From Macrostomum lignano (Eukaryota), in NCBI GenBank assembly GCA_002269645.1, contig NIVC01001396.1, forward strand, positions 62,001 to 126,000: DNA of 64,000 nucleotides. The letters run 5' to 3'. Under the pieces are notes generated by a model. It did no database searches. It worked only from the letters and a program-made list of their open reading frames with translations, and had not been told where the DNA came from. Shown piece after piece: positions 37,880 through 50,224 of this stretch. How positions within the stretch are numbered: position 1 is the stretch's first letter; each line of letters starts with the position of its first letter. Position numbers and translations under genes: made by a program.

Positions 37880-38490
37880 GATTACGTAACATCATTATCA
37901 GACACTGATGGCATTACCCGAATCTGTTAATCGCATTATCAGAATCTGTAACGCCATTATTAAAATCTGTAATGCCATTATCAGAATCTGTAATGCCATT
38001 ATCAGAATCTGTAATCACATTATCAGAATCTGTAATGCCATTATCAGAATCTGTAATCACATTATCAGAATCTGTAATCACATTATCAGAATCTGTAATG
38101 CCATTATCAGAATCTGTAACTTGACATTGTTAAAATCTGTAATACCATTATCAGAACTGTAATGACATCAGAATCTGTAATGCAATTATCAGAATCTGTT
38201 ATGACATGATTAGAATCTGTAATCACATTATCAGAATCTGTAATCACATTATTAGAATCTGTAATGACATTGTCAGAATCTACAATCACATTATCAGAAT
38301 CTGTAATCACATTATTAGAATCTGTAATGACATTATTACAATCTGTAATGCCATTATCAGAATCTGTAATCACATTATCAGAATCTGTAATCACATTATT
38401 AAAATCTGTAATGCCGTTATTAGAATCTGTAATGACATTGTCAGAATCTGCAACCACATTATCAGAATCTGTAATGCCACTATCAGAAAC
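37880..38490 (+). repeat. 21-nt minisatellite AATCTGTAATGCCATTATCAG
   Basis: Direct tandem copies downstream of G-alpha. Confidence 0.93.
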
Positions 38491-39276
38491 AATGTTTACT
38501 TCGACTTCGACTTCGACAAAAATAAGAACTTTAAAATTCAGCTTTGCAAATGAAAAACTTCATCTATTCAAGGCTAAAATTGCAGGTTGTGCTTATTCAT
38601 ATATTTATTATTTTTTAAAGTATTTGTAAAAACGAATTCATTCAAAGTATAACTTGCTTTTCACCTTCATAGATATTTTTCCATTCATACCCATTTGACA
38701 CCCAAATCAGTGAATCCTGCCATTTAAACTTGGGCCAAATTATTTATTTACAACTCCTTTGTAATTACTTAAAATCAAAATTGCCAAGCATAACAAATTT
38801 ATTATTTTAATAATTTTATTAAACTAGCACCAAAATTGCCAAACTATATTTTTTCATCTTTGTATTGTCACCTTGTGCGCTTTATTTAAATTTGTTTAAT
38901 CATTTATGCCAAAAAATTTTTGCACTTCCTTACTTATAAATTAATCTTATTAATTTTCCTTTGTTACTATTAATACTAATAATATGTAATCGCTAAGTAG
39001 TTTATTTTTTATTCAAAGACCTCGCAAATGCAATCGGTTCAAGTAGTTAACGATATTTTAAATAATAAATAAATAAATTTTTTGTGTAATTTCCACGGAC
39101 CTATGTTGTCTATGTATGTTACAGTTATTTTCCTGGATGTTAAAAAATTGTTTAATTCTAATTAATTAAAAATATAATTTAAGAATATCAAATTTCAGGT
39201 AATGTTCTCATCTCAAACATTAAAATCGGCTATCATTTAATCATCTAAGCTAAATTTAAACTAAAGTCTGCCTCTA

Positions 39277-42200
39277 ATGGCAGAGTTGCCAGAGTCAGTT
39301 GCCATTGCAGATTCTGCGGATCTGTACGCTTGTTTGGGAATTTCCCCAGATGCAAGTCAAGCTGATATTGCCACGGCCTACAGGTGCGAAATTGTTTATT
39401 CGTAGTTTTGATAATAATTAGTAATCTGTTATAATGGAATGATGCCATATTAAATAATACTGTTAAGTAGTTGGTGATGATTTGTCTGTTTTTTATTTCC
39501 ATCACGTAACAAATAACGCCATCCTGATTTTATTTACTTACATATTTGATTACGTCATTGTGATTTTATCCACTTGCTTTATCGATGACGTCATTGAGTT
39601 TTCATCTAATTACATAATAGATGACGTCATCGTGATTTTATTTTATTCAGTTACGTAATAGTGATTTCATCTAGTCACGTGATAAACTAAATTGTGGTTT
39701 CATTCGATTACATAATAGACGACGTAATTGTGGTTTCATTCGATTACGTAATAGATGACGTGATTGTGGTTTCATTCGATTACGTAATAGATGACGTAAT
39801 TGTGGTTTCATCCGATTACGTAATAGATGACGTAATTTTAATTTAAAACATTGCATAATAGATGACATCATCGTGACCTCTTCACCCCAAATCCAGACGG
39901 CTCTCCAGAATAGTCCATCCGGACAAGCGAATCGCCTCCTCCTCCGCCGGAGACGCCTCCAGTTCGGCCAGTACGGACGCGGGCGACGCCGCTTATCAGC
40001 GAATTCGTCGAGCCTACGACGTGCTGCGCGACTCTGAAACTCGACGAATCTATGACGAGTTCGGTCTGGAAGGCCTTCGGGCTCTAACAGACGGCGCCGT
40101 GGTGCTGCGTGGTCGCGGCGTGGCCGAACTCCGCGAGGAGCTGGTCCAGCTTCGCCGACTAAGAGAGGAGGCTGCAGTGATGAAGCTGACACAGCCGGCC
40201 ACGCAGCTAACGGTGGGATTGAACTGTTCGTCAGTGTTCAGCCCGATTGATGAGGACCAACCAAAAGGCATTTATCTGGAGCGACTGTCCTTCTCGCAAA
40301 ATACTAGCTTTATTGTGAGTTGCTTGACCCAATGGGATTCTCAACCCATTCTTGACCCAATCCGATTCTTGACCCACTTGTTTGACCCAATCCGATTCTT
40401 GACCCGCTTGTTTGACCCAATGAGATTCTTGACCCAAAAGCTTGACCCAGTGAGATTATTGACCCATCAGCTTGACCCGATGAGATTATTGACCCATCAG
40501 CTTGATCCAGTGAGATTCTTGACCGATCAGGTGACCCAATGAGATTCTTGACTTATCAGCTTGATCCAACGAGCTTTTTGGCTTGACTCAGTGAGATTCT
40601 TGACCCACCTGTTTGAACCAATCCGATTATTGACCCACTTGTTTGACCCAATACGATTCTTGACCCGCTTGTTTGACCCAATGAGATTCTTGACCCAAAA
40701 GCTTGACCCAGTGAGATTCTTGACCCATCAGCTTGACCTAATCCGATTGTTGACCAACCTGTTTGATTCAGATTCTTGACCATCAGCTTGACCCAATGAG
40801 ATTCTTGACCTGACCTATCAGCTTGACCCACTGAGATTCTTGACCCATCAGCTTGACACAATGATATTCTTGACCCATCAGCTTGACACAATGAGATTCT
40901 TGACCCATCAGCTTGACCCAATGAGATTCTTGATCATCAGCTTGACCCAACGAGATTCTTGACCCAGTGAGGTTCTTGACCCATCAGCTTGACCCAATAA
41001 GATTCTTGACCCAAAAGCTTGACCCAAATCCGACCATACAACCTACCCACCCTGAATTTCAGCTGACACCAAAGCACCGATTAGTCCTAGCCGGCTCCCT
41101 AGGCAACATGGGTCGAGCCTACGTGCCCACCGTGTCATTAACAATGCGGTCCCAGCTCACTGACAAGCTCAGCTCTGATGTCACGGTGGGATTAAACTAC
41201 TTGCCAACAGCTGCTGGCAAGTTAACATATCGGTTGTCGCCAAATTTATTGGCTTCAGTGCGAGCGGAGGTGACCTCTATGCAGGGGGGCACTCTGGTGC
41301 CGAAGCTCACGCCATCGCTTTCGTGTCAGATCAGTCCAAAGTGCGTTGGCACACTTTCTTACGCTTGGAATTCTCCTAATAAAGGCGCCAGAGCTGAAGT
41401 GCTGTGGCAGGCTGCCGAAGGTTTTCACGGCAAAGCGGCTTTGTTTCTGGCACCTAACGATGCTGGAGGCCAGGTGAGAAGCAGAGATAAAGAATAACTG
41501 TGGCTTTTTAACAAAGATTTAAATAAATATTTAATATTAGCATTATTTACGATCATAAGAAACAGACTCAAATATTCAACATACTCGAATACAATAAAGA
41601 CAGATTCACGAACATCATCGAACAAAGAGTCAAAAATCATAGAACAAAGAGTCAAACATCATAGAACGAAGAGTCAAACATCATAGAACAAAAAGTCAAA
41701 CATCATAGAACAAAGAGTCAAACATCATAGAACAAAAAGTCAAACATCATAGAACGAAGAGTCAAACATCATAGAACAAAGAGTCAAACATCATAGAACA
41801 AAAAGTCAAACATCATAGAACGAAGAGTCAAACATCATAGAACAAAGAGTCAAACATCATAGAACAAAAAGTCAAACATCATAGAACAAAGAGTCAAACA
41901 TCATAGAACAAAAAGTCAAACATCATAGAACAAAGAGTCAAACATCATAGAACAAAAAGTCAAACATCATAGAACAAAGAGTCAAACATCATAGAACAAA
42001 AAGTCAAACATCATAGAACAAAGAGTCAAACATTAGCAAGCACAGAACCAACTGAATTACTAAACAAAGACTCAAATGCATTGACAAACAAAGACTCAAA
42101 CGTATTGGCAAACAAAGACTCAAATACATTGACAAACAAAGACTCAAATACATTAGCATACAACTACTCAAACATTACCAAACAGACCTAAATAATTTAC

Positions 42201-43849
42201 ATTAACAGACTCAAATACATTAGCAAACAAAGACCCAAACAGAACAGTAGAAATAAGACAAATTCTGCACTTTTTCTCCCTGTACTTTAAGCTCTCCTGC
42301 ACTCGAGAAGTTGGCGATCTGCGCATGGGTGTCTCGTGCCAACTAACGCTAAAAGAGCTTTGGTCTCTGCGTTACCACTTGGCCCAGAAGGTGTCCGAAT
42401 ACAGCGAGGCCGGCATGTCCATACGGGTTGGCCCCAACGTTGGCGTCAGACTCAAACTCAGTCTGAGCAGAGGCAATCAAGTCTACGCTATGCCTATAGT
42501 CCTGTCCGAGTGGATGGACCCAGCCGCCATAGTTTATGGCACCGCTGTGCCTCTGCTAGCCTATGCTGTTGTGTACAAGTGCATCTATGCTCCTTGGCTG
42601 GCTAAATTTCAGGTGAGACTCATGCATAACTCGCTAGACCCTCCCCTCCCCTGTCACCCTCCGCTAGACCCTCCCCTGTCACCCTCCGCTAGACCCTCCC
42701 CTGTCACCCTCCGCTAGACCCTCTCCTGTCACCCTCCGCTAGACCCTCTCCTGTCACCCTCCGCTAGACCCTCTCCTGTCACCCTCCGCTAGACCCTCCC
42801 CTGTCACCCTCCGCTAGACCCTCTCCTGTCACCCTCCGCTAGACCCTCCCCTGTCACCCTCCGCTAGACCCTCTCCTGTCACCCTCCGCTAGACCCTCCC
42901 CTGTCACCCTCCGCTAGACCCTCTCCTGTCACCCTCCGCTAGACCCTCCCCTGTCACCCTCCGCTAGACCCTCTCCTGTCACCCTCCGCTAGACCCTCCC
43001 CTGTCACCCTCCGCTAGACTCTCCAGCCTCTGTTCTGTCACCCTCCGCTAGACTCTCCAGCCTCTGTTCTGTCACCCCCCGCTAGACCCCCAGCCTCTGT
43101 TCTGTCACCCTCCGCTAGACTCTCCAGCCTCTATTCTGTCACCCTCCGCTGGACCCTCCAGTCTCTGTTCTGTCACCCTCCGCTAGACTCTCCAGCCTCT
43201 GTTCTGTCACCCTCCGCTGGACCCTCCAGCCTCTGTTCTGTCACCCTCCGCTGGACCCTCCAGTCTCTGTTCTGTCACCCTCCGCTGGACCCTCCAGTCT
43301 CTGTTCTGTCACCCCCCCCCTAGCAACTGTCTTTCAGTCTTTAACCCCCTGTCCCCCAACCCCTCTCTCCAGCAGCAGTCCCGCAGTCAGCAGTCGGACA
43401 CCGAAGCCTCAGGCCGCGCGGCTCGCCAAGCCGAGGCCCTGTCAGCCCAGTCGCTGATGCGCCAGTCTGCTCAGAACTCTCGCGAATCAGAGCGCAGTCG
43501 TGGCGGTCTAATTATCGATCGAGCAGTCTACGGTTACCTAGCAACTAATGAGGCTGATCAACAGTTGCCGTCAGACTCTTCGTCATCAGTCATTGACGTC
43601 ACCGACTGTTTGCAAATCCTTGTCGATCAGTCGCATTTGGAGATTCCAGCCTCTTTGACTAAAGCCGATTTGCCGGGATTCTACGATCCAGCGCCGCCGC
43701 CGTCTTCTTCGACATCGTCATCGACAGGTGCCGCTAGCGACACCCGACACCTGTTGATCCGGTACACCTTCAACGGGACGGCGCATTCTGTGCTGTTAGG
43801 CGACGGAGATTCTGTCCGATTGCCGCAGAGAAGGCACGCCGTAGCTTAA
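39277..43849 (+). CDS. DNAJC11: DnaJ homolog subfamily C member 11 (mitochondrial MICOS/SAM-associated J protein), ~577 aa
   Basis: Exons 39277-39383, 39897-40314, 41063-41473, 42292-42612, 43373-43849; 1734 nt. J-domain LYACLGI...HPDK...IYDEFGLEGL; C-terminal DUF3395-type GGLIIDRAVYG...VIDVT..LQ..V...LPGFYDP. Confidence 0.9.
39510..39870 (+). repeat. ~36-nt repeat TACGTAATAGATGACGTAATTGTGGTTTCATTCGAT (DNAJC11 intron 1)
   Basis: Tandem copies. Confidence 0.85.
40320..41025 (+). repeat. ~30-nt minisatellite CTTGACCCAATGAGATTCTTGACCCATCAG (DNAJC11 intron 2)
   Basis: Tandem copies. Confidence 0.92.
41625..42035 (+). repeat. 22-nt minisatellite CAAAGAGTCAAACATCATAGAA (DNAJC11 intron 3)
   Basis: Tandem copies. 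Confidence 0.95.
42630..43320 (+). repeat. 25-nt (variant ~32-nt) minisatellite CCCTCCGCTAGACCCTCTCCTGTCA (DNAJC11 intron 4)
   Basis: Tandem copies. Confidence 0.95.
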
Positions 43850-43984
43850 GTAATCGGTTCGAGTATTGTCTGGTCCCTTTGATCGGTTTCTGTCTTGTCT
43901 TTGTCTGTCTCTGCTGCCTCTGTTTCCTGTGGCTCCGCTACTTTCTGTCAGTGCGGCTTCACTACTTCTATCGTTATCTCTTCA

Positions 43985-44300
43985 TTTCTCCCCTCTCCTT
44001 CTTCCTCTCCCTCTGCCTCTCCTCCCTCTCCCTTTACCTCTCCCTCTCCCTCTCCCTCTACCTCTACCTCTCCCTCTACCTCTACCTCTCCCTCTCCCTC
44101 TACCTCTCCCTCTACCTCTCCCTCTACCTCTACCTCTCCCTCTCCCTCTACCTCTCCCTCTACCTCTCCCTCTACCTCTACCTCTCCCTCTACCTCTACC
44201 TCTCCCTCTACCTCTCCCTCTACCTCTACCTCTCCCTATCCCTCTACCTCTCCCTCTACCTCTCCCTCTACCTCTCCCTCTACCTCTCCTCTCCCCCGCT
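43985..44300 (+). repeat. Pyrimidine-rich (CCTCTA/CCTCTC)n microsatellite
   Basis: Hexamer iterations. Confidence 0.95.
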
Positions 44301-45124
44301 CTCCCTCTCTTTCCCCCTCTCCGTCGTCTCTCTTCTGTCCCCTTTCCCTCCCACCTACAATCTCCCCCTCTCTCCTTCTATCTTTCCTTCCTCCCTCTCT
44401 TCTCCCTCTCTCTGTCCCTTGTCGCCCCTCCTCTCTCTAATATCCCCAGCTCATCGCCTCTTCCTATTCCCCTCTACTCCCTCCTAGCAATTCAAAAGCA
44501 GTTAGCAACACGGCTAAGGCCAACTTGCCCGTATTTATTCCTAGTGCTAATCAATGATTCCGAGTGAAAAAGACCACGCATGAAAAATTTCAAAAATTTT
44601 ACTATCAATTTCGCTAGCGATACTGTGTGACCCGTGAGTTTTACCTGATCTTAGTCCACTTGAAATGCCCCCCACCCTTTCAACAGCCTGTTTTCGCAGT
44701 ACAGTCTTCCCAGAGAGTCAACAGACGCAATATATACATATGAAGTCGAATTGTTAAACTTTTTGCCTATTTCACTTTGCACAAAAATTAGAAGAAAAAA
44801 ACTGCTTTATTGCGCCAGTGTTTTCACAAGCTACACCTCTTGACATGCGAATTTAGCTATCAAAATTAGAATTGCTCAACAATCTGTTCAGTAACACGTT
44901 AAATATATATTTAGCTAACTTATGTCAAATGAAAATTCATGCTTTCACAAGCAGCAGATGACAAAATTATGCAATTAGTTGTCGCATATGATTTTAGACT
45001 GAAATATTTTTGGACTTTTTGGCATGGTTTTTAGTTTATTTTGGTGTAACGTCTTTAGATTTTTAGCGGAATGAATTTAAACGACGATTAATTGGCTCGT
45101 ATTTTGTAAAAATGATAAGCTTAC

Positions 45125-45845
45125 AGCATAGGGGCGCCAAAGCTACAGCATAAGGGCGCCAAAGCAACAGCAAGGGGGCACCAAGGCAGTAAGAAAGCGC
45201 CAAAGCAACAGCATAGGGGCGCCAAAGCTACAGCAGAGGGCGCCAAAGCAACAGCAAGGGGCGCCAAAGCAACAGCAAGGGGGCGCCAAAGCAACAGCAA
45301 GGGGGCGCCAAAGCTACAGCAAGGGGGCGCCAAAGCTACAGCATGGGGGCGCCAAAGAAACAGTAAGGGGGCGCCAAAGCTGCAGCAAGGGGGCGCTAGA
45401 GCTACAGCACGGGGGCGCCAAGGCAGTAAGAAAGCGCCAAAGCAACAGCAAGGGGTGCCAAAGCTACAGCATGAGGGCGCCAAAGCTACAGGCTACAGCA
45501 CTGGAGCGCCAAATCTAAAGCAATGGGTGCCAAAGCTACAGCAAGGGGGCGCCAAAGCAACAGCATGGGGGCGCCAAAGCTACAGCAAGGGGGCGCCAAA
45601 GCTACAGCAAGAGGGCGCCAAGGCAGTAAGAAAGCGCCAAAGCAACAGCAAGGGAGCGCCAAAGCAACAGCAAGGGGCGCCAAAGCTACAGAAGGGGCAC
45701 CAAAGCTACAGCAAGGGGGCGCCAAAGCTACAGCATGGGGGCGCCAAAGCTACAGCAAGGGGCACCAAAGCTACAGCAAGGGGGCGCCAAAGCTACAGCA
45801 GGGGGTCACCAAAGCTACAGCATGGGGGCGCCAAAGCTACATCAC
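45125..45845 (+). repeat. ~22-nt minisatellite GGGGGCGCCAAAGCTACAGCAA
   Basis: Tandem copies just downstream of the P450 stop codon. Confidence 0.93.
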
Positions 45846-45933
45846 AGGAGCGCCATACACTTCTGAATACAGTGACTTTGACATGTGTTACTAAAAATAC
45901 AGCAATTAAAATCCGTAAAGAAGGAAAAATTGA

Positions 45934-48900
45934 TTAAAACCGCCTACTAAATCGGAGCGTGTGCTTTTCCGGCACTCGAATCAGCGATAATCGACCCTCC
46001 AGTAGTTTCTCTCGATCTCCATAGCAACAATCCGATACTAGTTCTACTCGGTATCGCCTCATCAGGTTGGCAAAGATCAGGAAGATCTCCTGACGAGCTA
46101 GGCCTTCGCCTAGGCAAGCCCTGCGTCCGATCATGAACGGAATGAGATAGCGGCTGGGTTGATATCGGCCATCATTGTCCAGGAAATGACCGGGATAAAA
46201 ACCTTGCGGATGGCTCCAGTGCCTCTCGCTGTGGTGTACAGCATAGGCTAAAGGCATCAGAGCTGCGTCCTTTGGAATCAGATAGCCGCGCAGTTCTGCG
46301 TCCCGAGTTGCCCGGTGGAATGTCCCATTGCTAGACAGGGAGACCCGTCTGTAGCACTCGTCTATGACCGCCTGGGTGTAGTGAAGCGAGTCACGGTCGT
46401 CTAGACAGATTTCCTCGGCGCTTTTGTTGGTGTCTGGATTGCGGCGAATAAGCTGGTCGAGCTCTTGTTGGACCTTGGACTGAGAGCAGGGTTTTTAGCG
46501 GCCGAGTACGTTATTTTGTTTGGAACTTATCGCACATTTCTCTAACAGGTGACACTATCCCCTGTCTAACAGGTGTGACACTATCCCCTGTCTAACAGGT
46601 GTGACACTATTCCCTGTCTAACAGGTGTGACACTATCCCCTGTCTAACAGGTGTGACACTATCCCGTCTAACAGGTGACACTATCCCCTGTCTAACAGAT
46701 GTGACACTATCCCCTGTCTAACAGGTGTGACACTATCCCCTGTCTAACAGGTGACACTATCCCCTGTCTAACAGGAGTGACACTATCCCCTATCTAACAG
46801 GTGTGACACTATCCCCTGTCCAACAGGTAAAATGCCACAGTATCATGAGTCTATCAGACACCCACCTGTTCATCCGGATAGGCAGCCATATACAACAGCA
46901 GCCACTCCAACGACCTTGCAGTAGTTGCTGTACCGCCAAAGAACAGCTCCATGCAGACTCGAACAATTTGAAAATCTGAATAGGTTTCAAAATCGCCAGC
47001 CGATTCGGCCTGAACTTTCGCCAAATTGTAAGCGTCTGTCAGGCATTCAGCCGGACTGCTTTTGGGTTGTTGGCAATTCAACAGCTGCCTTCGTTTGAGC
47101 ACCTCGCCTTGTACAAATTGAAACATGATGTCAAATCGGGTCTGTATCTCTTTAGCCGTTTTGGTCCAGTGAAAAATGTAGTCAATAAATGGGAATAACA
47201 TTGGCAGCGGGTTCATCAGTCTGGAATGGGAAAACAGAGAGACATTGATATGACTGTAGGCTGTTAGACAATTGATCGAACCTATCCAACACTTAGATAA
47301 AAAAATGAAGCTTGTTAGACACGGAATGAAGCTTGTTAGACACGTAATAAAGCTTGTTAGACACGGAATGAAGCTTGTTAGACACGTAATGAAGCTTGTT
47401 AGACACGGAATGTAGCTTTTTAGACACGGAATGAAGCTTGTTAGGCACGGAATGAAGCTTGTTAGACACAGAATGAAGCTTGTTAGACACGGAATGAAGC
47501 TTGTTAGACACGGAATGAAGTCTGTTAGACACGGAATGAAGCTTGTTAGACACGGAATGACGTCCGTTATGCACGGAATGAAGCTTGTTAGACACAGAAT
47601 GAAGCCTGTTTGACACAGAATGAAGCCTGTTAGACACGGAATGAGGCTTGTTATACACGGAATGAAGCTTGTTAGACACGGAATAAAGCTTGTTAGACAC
47701 GGAATAAAGCTTGTTAGACACGGAATGAAGCTTGTTAGACAGAATGAAGCCTGTTAGACACAGAATGAAGCCTGTTAGGCACGGAATGAAGCTTGTTAGG
47801 CACGGAATGAAGCTTGTTAGACACAGAATGAAGCTTGTTAGACACGGAATGAAGCTTGTTAGACACGGAATGAAGTCTGTTAGACACGGAATGAAGCTTG
47901 TTAGACACGGAATGACGTCCGTTATGCACGGAATGAAGCTTGTTAGACACAGAATGAAGCCTGTTTGACACAGAATGAAGCCTGTTAGACACGGAATGAG
48001 GCTTGTTATACACGGAATGAAGCTTGTTAGACACGGAATAAAGCTTGTTAGACACGGAATAAAGCTTGTTAGACACGGAATGAAGCTTGTTAGACAGAAT
48101 GAAGCCTGTTAGACACAGAATGAAGCCTGTTAGACACGGAATGAGGCTTGTTATACACGGAATGAAGCTTGTTAGACACGGAATGAAGCTTGTTAGACAC
48201 GGAATGAAGCTTGTTAGGCACGGAATGAAGCTTGTTAGACACGGAATGAAGTCTGTTAGACACGGAATGAAGCTTGTTAGACACGGAATGAAGTCTGTTA
48301 GACACGGAATGAAGCTTGTTAGACACGGAATGAAGCTTGTTAGGCACGGAATGAAGCTTGTTAGACACGGAATTAAGCTTGTTAGACACGGAATGAAGTC
48401 TGTTAGACACGGAATAAGGTTCGTTAGACACTTGTTATAACCTTTGCAACATGATAGCTTGAAAATCTCAGGACACTAACTGGGTATACTCGTCGAAAGC
48501 TTTGAGATAATCTCGATAATTCTCATCATCATCCCGGTACACTTTGCCAAGCGTTAGCTTGGAAATCACACTGTTCACAGCCGGGGTCAGCAGGTCAATA
48601 GTAGTGACCGGCTGCCCAGCTGCCGCCATCGAGTCCAACTTGACCATCATCCCGGCCAGTTCGTCCGAGATTTGTCTGGCCGATTCTGAGCGAGCAAATC
48701 CGATGCTTTTTAAATATCGCAAGCTGAAATTTCGCTGGTGGCTCCATTTCTCGCCTTCGGTGAACAGGATTCCGCAGCCGCGGGTCATTCTTCGGACGAA
48801 TCTGGGGGGGGGGGGGCAGTGGGTTTGCTTGCCTTAGCTTGGTGCGTTCTACCTGTTAGATAAGACACTATGTGTACCTGTTAAATAAGACACTATGTGT

Positions 48901-49898
48901 ACCTGTTAAATAAGACACTATATTGTGTACCTGTTAGATAAGACACTATATTGTGTACCTGTTAGATAAGACACTATATTGTGTACCTGTTAGATAAGAC
49001 ACTATATTGTGTACCTGTTAGATAAGACACTATATTGTGTACCTGTTAGATAAGACACTATATTGTGTACCTGTTAGATAAGACACTATATTGTGTACCT
49101 GTTAGATAAGACACTATATTGTGTACCTGTTAGATAAGACACTATATTGTGTACCTGTTAGATAAGACACTATATTGTGTACCTGTTAGATAAGACACTA
49201 TATTGTGTACCTGTTAGATAAGACACTATATTGTGTACCTGTTAGATAAGACACTATATTGTGTACCTGTTAGATAAGACACTATATTATGTACCTGTTA
49301 GATAAGACACTATGTACCTGTTAGATAAGACACTATATGAACCTGCTAGATAAGGCACTATGTACCTGTTAGACAAGAGGCTATGTACCTGCTAGATAAG
49401 ACACTATGTACCTGTTAGACAAGAGGCTATGTACCTGCTAGATAAGACACTATGTACCTGTTAGACAAGAGGCTACGTACCTGTTAGATAAGACACTATC
49501 TACCTGTTAGACAAGACACTATCTACCTGTTAGATAAGACACTATCTACCTGTTAGACAAGACACTATCTACCTGTTAGAACCTCACCTGCTAGGCAACC
49601 GACCCGAGAACACGGGCTGCCCAAAAGCCTCCTTAATGAGCTCATAAGAAGCCAGCGCAATCACCGTCCGACCACCCATTCGAATTGAAAAAATGTCTCC
49701 ATAACGATTGGCTAAATCGCAAAAAGTTCGATGAGAATTGGCTCGATCAATCCAGGGCAAATAGCCAAGTAGCGGCACACCGACGGGACCCGGAGGCAGC
49801 CTTGCTCGACGTCGAAATGCTCCAACAATCAACCAGACAATGTAACAAACGATGGCTAAAATTATCAATTTTATTAGAAGATTCTGTTCCTCAATCAT
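45934..49898 (-). CDS. Cytochrome P450, CYP2 clan, ~510 aa
   Basis: Exons 49898-49588, 48801-48481, 47220-46866, 46479-45934; 1533 nt. N-terminal TM anchor and LPPGP, WxxxR (WSHQR), I-helix ELFFGGTATT, ExxR (ECYR), FYPGHF, heme motif PFMIGRRACLG. Confidence 0.93.
46535..46830 (+). repeat. 26-nt minisatellite CTATCCCCTGTCTAACAGGTGTGACA (CYP intron 3)
   Basis: Tandem copies. Confidence 0.93.
47300..48430 (+). repeat. 21-nt minisatellite GAATGAAGCTTGTTAGACACG with a 355-nt higher-order period (CYP intron 2)
   Basis: Tandem copies; near-identical repeat ORFs at 47735-48076 and 48090-48431 are offset by 355 nt. Confidence 0.95.
48850..49580 (+). repeat. 28-nt (variant 24-nt) minisatellite GTACCTGTTAGATAAGACACTATATTGT (CYP intron 1)
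   Basis: Tandem copies. Confidence 0.96.
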
Positions 49899-50224
49899 TT
49901 CTTGTGTTGCTTTTTTAAACACGGAAAAAACTAAAAAGTGGAATGGTTAGTTCGTCTGAAAAAAATATTGTAAACTCAGCCTTTCTATTCTAGGTGAGCT
50001 GAATTGTATTTTGTACCCCGCAATTCTGGCCTGAGCATGCTTGAGTACAGTGAGTTGAACTCTTCTCTTGCAAAACCTGGATAGGCAAGAGTGTAGAGTT
50101 AGCTCAGGACACTTAAACTCTGTCCTTTGCACATAAAAATTTGACAGGCAATTTGTTCTGCTTCGCTTGGGGCAGAGCAGTTAGTTCAGTGGTAAGAAGC
50201 GTCTGTCTGACTGCCCGTGCCTGG

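Noticed and set aside
39671-40192. Arg-rich minus-strand ORF
   Set aside because: Antisense to DNAJC11 exon 2 plus the intronic repeat.
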